A stretch of DNA of 64,000 nt from Tubiluchus corallicola (taxonomy: Eukaryota; Animalia; Priapulida). Under the pieces are notes generated by a model, which saw only the letters and a list, made by a program, of their open reading frames with translations, had not been told where the DNA came from and searched no databases. The stretch spans positions 331,806-395,805 of the forward strand of contig JAQGDQ010000204.1 of NCBI GenBank assembly GCA_030141605.1, in the 5' to 3' direction. Each line of letters opens with the position of its first letter. Position 1 is the stretch's first letter. This document shows positions 36,970 to 51,000 of the stretch, in pieces. The position numbers and the translations under genes are program-made.

Positions 36970-39303
36970 CCCCTCTCATCCCCTTCTTAATGTGAATACT
37001 TCTTAGCCAATGGCAGCAGCGGGTGTACCCAACCGTTTGCCAATCACATACAAACAATTGATGCATTTGCTACTGCCCAGCAACTGCACCTACAAAGATT
37101 TCCCTTGTTCTCATCCACTAACTGTACATTTTTATATATGATACATATTAATCAAGCACGGTTGCATTTAGGGAAATGCGGAGTGCATTGTTAGGCAGCA
37201 GCATTGCTGGGGAAACTAGGAAATCTTTTATTTCATGTTGGGAAAATGTACATGTTGTACAGTGACAGGGGAACCAATGTTTAGACCAGAAGGATTTGCT
37301 TGTCCAGCTTTGGATTTTGCCTCGCTGGACCAATGCTGCTGTTCTTCTTTTTACCTTGATAAACATTTTTATTGGTTACCGACTGGGTTTAGTGTCGTTG
37401 TTTGTACAGTAAGTAGGTAAACTGAATGGAATCTACGCCGTGCTCTGTGCTTTGTAACTCTCTCTATATATATACATGCCATTCTCCACGTATTGTACTA
37501 CATGTATATGCATTTCAAGTTGTCATTTTTGATGAGACATCACTAGCCCAGTGCAGAATCTAGTTCAGTGCATTCGCTTCTATGAATTTTATATTGTTGT
37601 TAAATGTGATCTTCTTATATTTCTTTTGGGGAAAATATGTATAAGAATTGATCGTATTCATTTTTGCTAGCACTATTAAAATACTGTTGTGAATATACAT
37701 CAGAACATTAAAGCGGGTTGCATCGTGTCCAAATTACCTGTTGCATTTTGCCTACTTGGATTTTTACGCTTCTGCCTTTTCTGTTTATGATCTTTGATGT
37801 GATGTAGACGTTTTACGATCTACGACTTTATTCTGTGTACATTAACAGATAAGAATTATTAAATTATTATGAAGCTTTACAAGGAATGGTGAAGTTAGTA
37901 ATCTTTTACGTCTGCATTATTTGTGTACTGTACAAACTAAGACAAGCGTTAATAATTATGCACAGTAGATAAATTATTGATTATAATATATGATCACTAT
38001 TTGTAAATGAAAAAGTCGGACAATTGTGTGTATACAGTTATTGTAACTGCTAGTGATGACTAGCAAAGATGATTAGTAGAAAAGATGAAGAATAATTGTA
38101 TCTATCCTCTTGTATGTATACAGCTTTTGCACCGTGTGAATTATTGAGGAAGTATTGCATAGATTAGCATTTTATTCGTAGGTTCAGTGTAGGCCCTTAA
38201 CATGTGTATGATTTTATTGACACAGTGGATTTTAGTAATGAATAAAATTGGAGTTATTGTCGTTAAACTGTAGCACCGTGCACTGTCTGTCATTGCTTAA
38301 GACATGCAAGGTACACATTCACCATAACGTTACTTGTGATCAAACATTTCTTGCTATTTATGTCTTTGCCTTTATTTGTTATTTTATTCCTGCGACGTAG
38401 CGCTTGAGACGCTCTGGTGGCATTCACAGTATGTATGTATTATTATTATGTAACTGTCATATGTCGACTGTAGGTATTTTTATTAGTAATGTTTGGGGCC
38501 CCCGAGTACTTATCCGATGCTCTGAATGTCTGCACCTGTTTTTTTGTCAAAATTCACCATACTTGGTTTTATTATCTCATCATCCATTGTTGGATTATAA
38601 TATGCATGCTTGTACATAATGCTGCAAGTCTATGTTGACTGTGGAATCATTGACATTACTTGCAGTGATGCCATTGTCTATGATCCCCATTGTTGAGTAG
38701 TAATTTGGCCATTGTTTGTCAATGTGTTCATTAAACATCTACACAATAGGACGTTCAAGCAGGATAAATAACTGTAATTATTGAGACATTTTCATTTCAG
38801 CTAATTTCTATACAAGTGGTTACTTTTGTTCCTCAGCTTGGTGCAAAAGAAAAGTTTGGAGCTTAAATTTGTGTCATCTCTTCACTCTTTCCATTTTCTG
38901 CTCTTCCTTAAATTTAAATTTCCAGTTTGCTAGAGCTAAACTGCAAATAACTGCTTCCTTACATTTGCCAAGGCAGCAGTCAGCAGTTATCAATATTGTA
39001 GCAAATGTAGAAGTGGCAGAAGTGTAGGATGCTTGCAGCAGCAACCAGACTTGTTCCTCCAGCGCCTCCATATTTGCATTTCTTAGTCATTGTTACATAT
39101 CTTCAAACATTAGGAGCATCGTGTTTGCTGCTGCAGTGCCATACTTGTTGCCACCTGCAGACAAAATGTTACCTACAGTACAATGCCATATTTGGGCAAG
39201 AATGCACTATATAGTACACTATTAGGTAACTGAAGTGAACATTTGCATCAATCCTGTATGAATAGTCCCATTTGTGAAATGTATTGTAAAATTTAACTTG
39301 TCC

Positions 39304-39309
39304 AATAAA
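39304..39309 (+). terminator. Candidate distal poly(A) signal of G-beta (9b isoform); another AATAAA lies at 38241
   Basis: AATAAA at the end of a long U/G-rich, 3'UTR-like stretch. Confidence 0.5.
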
Positions 39310-39351
39310 GCTATTCGTCTTTATCAGAAAATAAGTACATGACTAATGAGT

Positions 39352-39357
39352 TTTATT
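39352..39357 (-). terminator. Candidate distal poly(A) signal of the GLUT gene
   Basis: TTTATT on the + strand, facing the G-beta signal. Confidence 0.35.
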
Positions 39358-40599
39358 CTGTGGCACATAATTTAAATTTTTGTGTTAACGTTCATGTATC
39401 ATTCACAATGTTCTCGGGTAGTAAATACTCGCAATTTTTTCATGCAAGCACAAATTTACAAAACTGGCAATTGGAAATGGGGTGGCTTGGTTTTGAACCG
39501 TCTCATTTGGATTTGATGCAAATTAGATTGGGAATTTTTACCCATGGCAATTTTTACCCATGCACCAGGGTTGGGACACATTGATGAGAAGCCAGCTAAA
39601 AATTCCACCATTTTATGTTTTTCTTACAATACTAGAAAGTATTAATGCAGTTCTGCTAGGGTGACTGTAAACATGTTGGACACAAACTCAAAGTGTTTAT
39701 AAGTAACGACTGACTTGTAATGGTGTCCAATGCTGATATCATTTTTAGAAGCTAAGTAAAATGGTTTAATCCAAGACACTGTTAATTTCAAAAATCAATC
39801 TATTGTTATGAAAATAGCAGTTACATACATATTGCACATTATTCGGAAGATGCTTCCTTCAATATTCGTTATTGGTATTGGAAGCCAAAGAATGCATCAC
39901 TAAGCTTATGGTAATGAAAACGGACAGACAATAAAAAATACGTGTATATCAGTATTAAAATAAACAAAAATGGACATCCCATTTACACTACAGTCCATAT
40001 ACATTTACGCTAGTTTACGATATGTTTAGATGAAATAACTACATGTACAACATCCTTTTTTCTACCCACCCATGTATAATGCTTTCCATGCTTACAGGTT
40101 GTCTGTAATTGATCTGGCCATAGCAACAATATTAATGCTACCCTGTGTATCATAAATTAGTGCATGCTTTAATTTATAAAAAGTACATTTCTGTAGGACA
40201 ATATTAATGATACTGTTGCAAGGTTTTCGGTTATTTCATTAATAATATTATTTAAAAACCATTATGTGAATCAAAACAACAACAAACAGTCCATTTTAAC
40301 AGTGTTACATCTAAAGATGAAAATACGCAACAAAATCTTGGTACCAGCAACGTATGTCATTAAACGTTAATCTAAGGAAAACACTACGTAAAACAGTCTT
40401 ACGGGCAATACCTTTGATTTCTAAAATACTGGAACAGTACAAGAATTACACATTCCAACTATGTTGAACATCAACCAACAATTTCCAGTATTAAAAGAAA
40501 GAGCATATTCTCTTCACAGTTGACATTCACTATATTGGTTGCTACCTGGTAAAATGTTAAGCTTTTTATATCAGAGAATCTTGACTAACATTGCAAACA

Positions 40600-41880
40600 G
40601 TGAGCTATAATACAGAGCAAACACAATGCAAAATTTGTCTGTTACAGACTTTTGCTCACCTGGCTCATCAAATTGGGGGGGGGGAGGGGGGTCTGGCACA
40701 CAAGACATGTCTCGGTGAGACAAACTGAATGGTATAGGTTTTGACCCATGACCGAAGGTCACAGATCAAAATGTGACAATTTGCAATTTCACTGAAGCAA
40801 AATCAAGCATAGCAAATTCATTGAAGACAATATTAACACCTTCAGATCCCCTGACCCATGGGGTTGCTGATCCAAAAGTGAGAAGTTCTAATTTCATCGA
40901 AACGAAATGCAATTCTTAGATAATCAAGCATGGCAAATTCAACAAAAGCCAAATTGTAATCTTGAAACAAACATCAAGTCAGCAAAGATTTCACAGTCAG
41001 CTGACGCAGTTTTGGTCATATTGCAGAATCTCAAGTTTATGACTGAGTTATAAACTGCAGTCTAGTTATATTTTTATCATCTGCTAACATTTTGCTTAAT
41101 AACTCGTCAAGCTTGCAAGCTATGATCACAAAACTCACAAGGTGGGCAGCCCTGGTTAGGGGAAAGACAGTAGATGTTGATCTCCGATCTCTGGTAAAGG
41201 GGTCACATGCAATGCACATAGGTCAGTTTTATTATTGCGATTCAACTCCTCCTAGCACTCAGTTTTTTTCAAATTTTTGTTCACGAGTATTTAGGAAATA
41301 CTCCCAAAGTAAAGGTAACTATGTCGGGTGACCCGAGAATGCAGGGTCAAAATTCAAGGGGTAAGCATGTTATCATTTAAATTTTGCTAGGCTTTATCTG
41401 CTCCTATAGTTTTGAGTTGGGACCGCAATTTTTGGTATGCGGCTAGGCTGGGTCAAGGCCATGTGCACAGCTGAATATGGACATGTGCATTTTCGAAAAA
41501 TTTTCTGCTAGAGGCAAAAACCAAAATAGAAAGTCGGGGACAGAAGTGCCTCCAGTGCGGATCAACAATAGCTTGTAGAACATCAACTGAAAGTTCGTGA
41601 TGAAGCAAATCGAATAGCACGGGTTGCAATGAGAACAGTTGACATGTGACCCCACTATGGGGCAAAATAGGGGTCAGAGAGGCAAATGTTTCCAAACCCA
41701 GCTTGTGTGTTGTACACCAAATGAGAAGTCTTGATGAGGTGACTTGAATGGTATGAGATGGGAGGAGATTTATCCCACGAGTCACATGGGTTGAAAACAA
41801 GTTGTAATGTCATTGTAGAACGTTGAAGTTAAACAATCAAGCAACATGAATTCAAGAAAACCAAAATTATGACTATCAAA
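40600..41880. mobile_element. Probable non-autonomous interspersed repeat inserted just 3' of the GLUT stop codon
   Basis: GC step-up relative to the flanks. An aatcaagca...aattca motif recurs near 40800, 40922 and 41835. No coding signal; family not identified. Confidence 0.45.
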
Positions 41881-41943
41881 CATTAGGCTTAAAAACTCTT
41901 GGCACTCTCACAAATCTCTGCAACTATTTCACACCATCTATGA

Positions 41944-42073
41944 TCAGCAAAGACGTTTCTTGCTCAGTTCATCTGTGATCTCATCAATTTTCCTGCCTTT
42001 AGTTTCCGGGAGATAAACCCAGGTGAAAACACAGAACAGGAACAACAAAACGGCGAATATTAGAAACACGTAC
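41944..42073 (-). CDS. SLC2A1-like: GLUT last coding exon (YVFLIF...[21 protein letters not shown])
   Basis: ttttcag| acceptor, TGA stop. Confidence 0.93.
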
Positions 42074-45000
42074 CTGAAAAACAAAACTGAATGTAATGGC
42101 GCAGTTTTAATGAACTTATATTAAATGGACAAGCTAACTTTTCCCACATTCCAGGCACTTTGAAAATTCTTTCAACTATGTCTGTTGATTGGACAGTGTC
42201 AAGTGAAAATATTTTTTTAAATTATAATAAATAGTCTTATAACCCCATGTAAGCCAAAATTCTGCATAAGAAAATAACGTATTTCTGCACAGAAATTTAT
42301 TTTAACCTGTATACTAGCTATGGTGTCAACAGTAGCTGTGTTCACCAGTCACAGTCACCATTATTTCCAGTCACAACTTATGTTGTCAAGACAATCCAAA
42401 ATTTTACAAAAGCACTACCATAGAACCAAATGCAAAGTGCACAATACTGCAAATTGAACTATCTTTACCTCATGTGATAGTTAATAAAATATTTTACATT
42501 AATAAAATGTTCATGAAAACTGTGTATCATCAATGTATTGCTTTTACAATAAGAAACTACATTTTCTCGTTTAACAAAAAGAAGTGTAAATACAAGCAAT
42601 ACATAAAATTAATGATTTATGTGAGCCAAGAATGACCAAGATGTTGTCACAGAACACATCCTTGTGCCTTAGACAAAAAGTGTTTGGTTCAAATCCAGTC
42701 TGTATTCCAATCGTTTCACATTTCCTGCCTTTCACATTTAATATCAGATATTTAATTAATTTTGCCAGAACACCTTAGGATCATAAAGTAATTTACTGTA
42801 AAACAATGTCATATTAATGAATTAACTGATTAACAACTTATTAAATTACAAAAATGGCATTGTCACTTACTGATCTATTAAGTTCTGTAATGTTGGAAAA
42901 AGCAGCCCAACAAGAAAGTTAGCCAACCAATTGGCCAAAGTGCCAACAGACGTAGCTGCTCCCCTAGCACCAGTCGTAAAAAGTTCAGTAACAATAAACC
43001 ATGGTACAGAACCTGCAAAGATGTATATATTGTGAAAATGATAGAGTTTTTGAAAAATAATGTTTGACTGTCAAAAATAATCCTGCCTCTTCCAAAAAGA
43101 CTGCACTCATTATTACAAACAAAATGTTATGAACTAGGCAAGAAATATCAGTAAAAAGAGTTCACCACCTTACCACCGAATGCTTGACACATTAATTTAT
43201 TTGCATATTTGAAATGACTTGACAAAACTTGAATGAAGTAAAAATATCAGTAAATCAGTAAAAGATACAGTGATTTGACAAAAAACACAAAGCTGTTTGT
43301 GGTATAACATAACGGAAAAGCAAAAAAACAGGGCTTTACTAAAAAAAGACTCCTTTTCTTTTTTTAAATATAATAGATTTGAATAAACTTTATCATGACA
43401 GCATATATTACACTAAAGCAACACTAAAGGCAAAATGTGACTGGGTGTCATAACATAGTCTAATTTTTACTGATAACCATATTCATAATTTGAAAACTGA
43501 CAAAAAGCTTTGTACAGGCAAAATTGTAAAAAAATTGTACAGTTTCATACCACAGTAAGCCACAGCTTAGCTGGAACAATAGGTTGCGGTGGTGTTCGTA
43601 ATATGCAGCCTGCTAGGTGCATTGTCCTGCTGTAGCTTCTATCAACACTGCTATTGCTATGGTGACTGAGTGATTTTTTTATCTGCCAACTAGGGTGAGT
43701 TAAAGAAGCATTGCAAATGTGCACTATTTATAGTCCTACGTATTAGGGTGCATGAACTATTGTCATAGTTTGTCCAGTACTTCCATGAATCAAATTTATG
43801 ATTTACAAGTTATAAGTAAGCTACTAGCCACAATCTGGATTAATGCACACAGCTACAATCTGGATAGTCACAATCTGCATAATAATTAAAAGTAATATTT
43901 AATCTTTCTAGCCTACATTAGGAGTTACTGAATATTTTTTGAGCATTTTTGCAATGATTGTAACCCACAAAAAACGTTTCAGATAAAAGCCATACCAACT
44001 TATTTGAGCCTACAATTTTTCTAGTGTGCTTTAGTTAGGACTTACAACAACCCACGGCTTTTGTGCAAATGAATGAAATAATTATAATTTCAGTAGTTAT
44101 CCATATCCTAGACAAGGATACTACTACACAGTGTATTATTATCTATGATCCATGTCTAAGTATTCCTCAACCACAGAGACAAAGAAACAGCAGTAGGTTT
44201 CATGTTTCTCTTCCTTTCAAAGCCTCACATTAAGTCAGACAATATTACTGGTTAGCTCAAGCTCAAAATCATTGCTAGTAAAGTGCAGAAAACAAACTCT
44301 GTCATGCTGGCCTGGTGTCCAGTTCCATTATCATTGGTCACATCTACGAATCCACTATTCTCTTACAATTTTACCATTTGGAAAATGTAAAAATGATCAG
44401 TCTGTTAGAAGCATTATTTGAGCTGCATAAGGCAACCTGGCAATGAGACATTTAAAAAGCATAATTGATCAGAAAATTTAACCACATTGCAATAACAAAG
44501 CAGTGCAGCATAAAATACCAGTGATGTCATGCTAATAATTTTTGCACGTTGTGCGTCATTACTAATATTTTTTCATCTATTGCATATAATGCATGAAGAA
44601 GGTGTGGACAAAGCTACGATTTGAGCTCAACGCTAAAAAATGTCCATATCATTTTCCTTGCATTCGCTTAGCACTAGATGGTATAAATGAAGTTTACAAT
44701 TTGCAAATGAATGACTAAAAATAAATCAAGTGACAAAAAGGGCAAAATTACTGCAAATCATTTTGATAATGTATATACACTTTTTGTATAGGCATATATG
44801 TTACTTATAAATGCTCCAAGGGACACTTACTTCTGTTCACAATTCAGGCTGCTGCAGGTTCACTTAATTATGATAAGCATTTTGAAGCATTCACAATCTG
44901 CAAAGCTTATTTTGCCATGCAGAACAGCTTTTGTGTGAGCCTTATAATTATTGTTGAGTAGCGACTTTAAATGCGCCCAACTTGTGTGCATGTGCGTGGA

Positions 45001-48000
45001 TGCAGCTATATGGAAAAGAAAATAATACAAAAGCAATTTCCACTGCCTTTAAAAATGCCTTCAGCACTGCTTTGAGTCTTAAAATTTTTTTAGCCCTATC
45101 CTTTAATAAAAAAAGGCCTACAAAAGATAAATGTTTGTTAGCCCTTTATTTTTCAATGTGCATTAAATTCAATAATGCTTCCAAGTCCAGGTTTTGACTC
45201 GGGCAATTTAATGTCTTATTGTTCTCTCCAGAAATTTCATCTCAATGTTTACAGTAATTTTGCTGACTATTTTGAAAATGAAAATCAGTTTACAGTTCAG
45301 CTGTAAATTCTCAAGTTCATGAGACTAAGAACTACTGCATGGCCACTTATAAAAAAAAGGTTTGTTGTTAGCTGATGACATTTTGAGCAAAATTAGAAAC
45401 ACTAAAAGGTAACACACATTATATCTTTGTTTCACTTCCATTTTTCAGTCACACCTTGTGTTCAACTTATCTGCACTAATTTACTAGCGAACCCATTTTG
45501 TTTACTAACTTCAAAATAATGGACGTATTAATGATATTATAATTGCTGTCACACTAAAATTTCATTCAAATCATTCTATACTTTATATCTAATTTTAAAA
45601 AAAGAAAAGCTAATTTTTCTGAAACACCTGTTAGCTTTTCAAACATGCTGATGTCTAAACTGGAATATAATAAAATGCTGCATTATAACATTATAACAAC
45701 TGCAACACTATAACCTTACCTGGACCTGTAGCAAAAAATATTACAAATAAGAACACTCCTATAATACACACGTATACCGCCCAGCTAATGTCATTCTGAA
45801 AATACAAAAGATCCCATACAAACAAACAACATGACTAAAAAGACAGTTTAATAAAAATAAAATCAAAGCAGGAATGAAGTTAACATATTCTAATTTTGGC
45901 TTTGCCAAAAAAATTTGGAGCGACAGTCAGATACCCATGAAAATTATAATTCTCTGTATAAACGTAACAGTCAAAAAGAAAAGCGGTAAAAATTTATACT
46001 TAATGAGCAACGTAGCAAACAAAAATCAATTTCTGTTAGCTTGTTTTCTCTGTTGCAAATTAATACTCCATTACAAAATATGCAAATATCAGAGCATTAT
46101 AACCCAGCACAATTATTACTTACGCTGATTAGTACAAGACTAATAGTGAGCAATATTGAAGTTAAGCACATTCCAGCCAGCCCGGCAAGGTGGAGCGTCT
46201 TCCTCCCAGCGTGATCCACCACAACCGTAGATATAACGGTCATGATAACGTTGACGGCACCTACGCCTATCGTAGCGTAAACTGCATCTTGAGTCCTCAT
46301 TCCCGCACCTTGTTCAAATACACGAGTTGAATAATATATCACCTACAAAATATTAAATTAAAAGCATGAATGCTTTGCTATGCTTTTACAATACCTTAAT
46401 AACAGTGGGAACATCAAGAATAACTAAGAATTGTTCTTCTTATTGTGTTTCCAGAGGTTTGGAAAGGCCTAACAATCCCAGAAATAACTCTTTTCCATGT
46501 TTCAAAAACTTTAGAAATGTCTTATGTTCAGAAATTTAAAAAAAATATTTCTAATGAAAATTCATAGAATGACGACAGAATACTTGGTTGTGAATCGACT
46601 AACTGAGACCAACATTTGACATGGTGCCATAATTACAAAATGGTGGATAGTATTAGTCTCTGCAGTATACACAGACACGCCCCTATATAATCAGTTTAAT
46701 TAAAGCTGCCCCTATAGAACTAGGCAACTATAGAATTATTGATTCTGTTTGTCTGTCCGCCTGTCGGTCCACTTTTTTCAGCCCTGAAGTACTGTCCTAA
46801 TGCGCCAACGATGGGAAACTATGGAAATCCCAGTTATCTGTTGCCACTTTTTTGGCCAAAGCCCTAGGAGTAATGTAGTAACATGACAGCTCGTACAGAG
46901 CCTATTCATTTTTGGATCTTTCGGAATTTTTTACAATTTTTTTAAAGATCTGGGCATTACACGTATCACAGAAACATGCTTACTGCTGTAAAAGGCCTGT
47001 CCTTGCCGCAACTACAGAATCAATGGGTTCCGCCTGTCTGTGTGTCGCTACTTTTTATCGAGCTCCGGAGTAATCTAGGATTACCTTGTTCAATGGTAGG
47101 GCATGGTTCAAGTTCGAAGCCTATAAATTTTGGAATCAACTAGTACAGATTTGAATTCTTAAGTTTTTTTGAAGTTTTGTGCATACATAGCTAATATGCC
47201 CACTGCCCAGGTGTACGGGATTGATAACCACCTGTGGCAGCTAAGTGAATTATGTCATTAGCAAGGTATCAGATAACAACAATCACTAACACATGCTATG
47301 CAGAAAACACATTTTTGCAGCAGTCTCCATATACGCTGTCTAACTTAAATCTGCAGGATACGCCGGTAACCTGAAATTTTTCATAACCTTCCAGTGTGTC
47401 TGTATCTGAATTTATATTTTCATTTAAAGTTTCAAACCCACACACATTACATTTAATATTCAAGTTCTAAATCGGAATTTAACACCCCTATAGTTTAATA
47501 AACAAAGAGGAACTACTAGGTGTTTAAAGCATTTAAAAAATGCATTATGTTCAATACAGCACAGAAGTTAGACAAACACCCTAAAATTTTTTTCATTAAA
47601 AACTAACCTTATAGGTCTGTCTGTATCGCATTCTAACCTCAACTAACTGAATGTTCTATATGACAGAGATGCTTTTTCACAAAAATTTAGTATTACTCTA
47701 AGTGTTAATGGAGAAAATACATCTTTGTGGTAGTCTCAAACTATGTCGATCTCACTGAAGTAACTACGCCCATCTACTGAGGGTTATCAAGTTATTTTTA
47801 TTCACAACACAATGACTTACAGTGGGTTAGTTTTGTTGCTTAGCCATTCTTTATCAAGTAATTGTTACTATACCTCATGAAGTACTCACAAGTCAAGGCT
47901 AGTTTTTGGTTTAAAATAACAAGTTTTAACATTCAAGCTCAAAATCAAAATCGGGCAACTCCATAGTTTAATAAACAAAGAGGAATTACTAAGTGTTCAG

Positions 48001-51000
48001 AGCATTTAAGAAAAATGCATTCCGTTCAATTCCAAAAGCAAAGACACCACCATATGAGAATTATTCAGCCAAGCAAAAAAGCCAAATACCTCATACCAAA
48101 TGTCAAAATGAAAATCTTTCATTTTACAGCTGCTTTAAGATTGTCAGGTTAATAACTTTCATCCATTTTTCTTCCCCGAAACTTACTGCTTCTCTGCTTA
48201 AAAAATGAAAACTTACAGCATTAATTCCAGACAACTGCTGAGACAAATTCATAACTATAGCAATGATTGCAGCCATTCGGAAATCTATCCTGGTGAATAT
48301 GTGAGCAACTGTCACCTGAAAAAATTTCAAAAATAAACAGTTAAAAAATTTCTTTAAATTATGCTGGCAGCAGTTTAGTACACACAATTAGAAGCAACAC
48401 AGAAAGCAGAAATAAGCTTCAATCCACATTGTTACCCATTGGCCAAAGAAAATTTCCCAAACTACTCCAATGGCTGTTCAAGAAATAGGACAAGTCACGC
48501 TTTTGATGATAAGTTACTGAAGAAAAAAAATTGCAGTATTGACAAAAATTAATTTTATGCAGAACTAGACAGTGTGTAAGCATATGTTTAAAAACTAGTT
48601 AGTATTTTACAGGTATATTAATTTTTGGATTTACATAATGTGCTATTTTGACTGCAATTACTGAACCATCTGTGATAAATTACATATCAAACAAATAGTC
48701 TTAGTCTCATATGGCCACAAAAGAACTCATTTTTCAATCTCGGATAACCCCAACGGGACGTTTTTCACCCGTTTTTTTGGCAAAACTGATAAAATCGAGA
48801 TCAGAAAAATGGGATTATGAGAGATGGAATGCTATATATATATATAGGCCCACCAGCCCCATGCAAAAAAAACGTTTCTTCGGACACATTTGAAAAAATG
48901 AGCACACTACCAGAAAAGGGGGGCAATGGTCTACAAAGTGTGAGTTTCATTAGGAAAGAACGTCCACTAGACAAAATGGAAACGGTATCTTTTGAAGTTC
49001 ATTTTCAACCCCCAAGTGCTGCACACTATTTGGAACACAACTGTATTTGTGTTTTAGAAATTAAGCGGCTGTTCCAGGCACTGTCATCGCCCATCGCTCT
49101 ACCGTGTTATAGACTGTACATGTAAGTTCAATCTTATAACCTATCATACTACTTGAGAAGCAGTAAGCAAAGGCTATGTAGAATGTTCCTGCATTACTAA
49201 TCAATGGTAGATCTAACTAGCTAACTATTTAAATAGTCCAAAATGCGAAGCACTGGATTACTCACATGCATGCACCTGCACACACATGAACAAATGCATC
49301 CACAAACACCCAAGAACATTTTGCTTGTATGTACGAGCTTTAGTAAAAAGTTATGTTTCAAGTAATACCCTTCAACTGGTTACTTTAAGTCACTCAAAAA
49401 TATATTTCATTAATAGACCTCTTTATAGGTTACTTTACCAGCATGTAACCAAATAAAGCTTTATATATTCAAATTTCAAAAATGGAAAAAATCATATGCA
49501 AATGTTGAAGTCCTTAGCTAACCAAAAATGCATTCGGGTTTCAAAATTATGCACTCACTATTTTTAGAATCAGCTCGTTTTCAGGTATTTCCTTTACAAA
49601 ACATTTAAATTGCTACATGTCAATTTCTTTGACAACACTGACAATACATTATGTGATAAACACATAAAGTAGTATATCAATCTGCTGATTTTTTGGCCGT
49701 GAGCAAATACCAGGCAACACTGATACAAATATGTTTCTGTAGTAGACTTATGAAGCCAGGTTTGATGCCAGTAAACTTCTTATGAATGGTAGATTCACCA
49801 ATCAAATTATCATTTGGACTATGTTGCAATTGTTGTTTATTTTGATAAATAACGAGGGACTTATGAAACACCAGGTACGTTTAAATCAATGTGAAACACC
49901 AGGTACGTTTAAATCAATGTTGCAATCTCACTTTTTCTTCTGACGAATCTCGTTCGTTTTCCGTTCTTAGCTCATCCATTTCATGATCAATTTTATTGAA
50001 TTCCATTTTCCGATCAATTTTTCTAGATTTGCGTAGCCAGTGTAATGCTTGCTTGGCCAAAGCATCCTGGTTCTCTTTCAGTAAGTGTTTGGGACTTTCT
50101 GGGCAACAAGGTAATGTAGCTAACTGGAACACAGCAGGCACGATGGTAGCACCTACAAGCAGAAAGTATAAAAATGAATCTTTAACTGGTACTAGGAGTT
50201 AACTCCCAATGCGCATTCTCTAAAAATGCAAAACATAGATTTTGGACACAATACCAATACCATACATTTCCCGCTGACATGATAGCAATACTAATTTCTC
50301 GTGCAGACAGGATATGATGCATTTCTGAATGCGATAAAAATCGACAAATTTTTCTAACAAATTGACTTGATGTGAGTGATAAAAAACATCGTGAACAAAG
50401 TGATAATTTTTTGTTAAAAGTGCAGTTTCTTAACAGCAATCAGAAAAGAAGTGCAAGTATATTTTGTATGGAGTTACACTGATCTGTGATTTCGGTGTAA
50501 TGTTATTTCGTATCGATATGTTAACGAAATGATAATGATATTGGGCTATGTCCAATATCGATTTGATACGCTACAGGATTTGTATCAATAACTATCATTC
50601 AAAAACACTACTGCAAAGGTGTCACAGCCCACGTATGAATCTATAAACATCTACCATTGTAAGGTAAACAGCTAAAACTTATTATGAGTGATGTCGTACA
50701 CAACGAGTATCAAACCTCAAGGGCTACACAAAGCATTATTGGGTAATTCTAAACAACCTATACAAATGTGTAGTTCGAAGTAAACCAAATGAACCCAGGA
50801 CCCTAGTACACGTTATAACAGCACAATTTCACTTACAGAAAAACAAGTTTTAAACAAGCTTTACAATTTTTGCACTTTTTTATAATAAGTTGAAAAATTA
50901 CTCAAGAGGGTTTTACAAGTTTTCAAACAGCTGAAAGCCATATACCAAGAAGAAAAGGCCATCCATTAGCATTTCCAAGAATATACGGCAATCCTAAAAT

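Noticed and set aside
39475-42700. Isolated tRNA B-box-like words (~39490 minus strand, ~42686 plus strand) as tRNA genes
   Set aside because: No cloverleaf or properly spaced A-box; at most SINE debris.
45720-48250. NLS instead of QLS in TM7 and FATGPGS instead of FEVGPGP in TM10 as a sign of a novel substrate
   Set aside because: FAxGPGS-type variants are common in invertebrate class I GLUTs, and specificity cannot be inferred from sequence alone.
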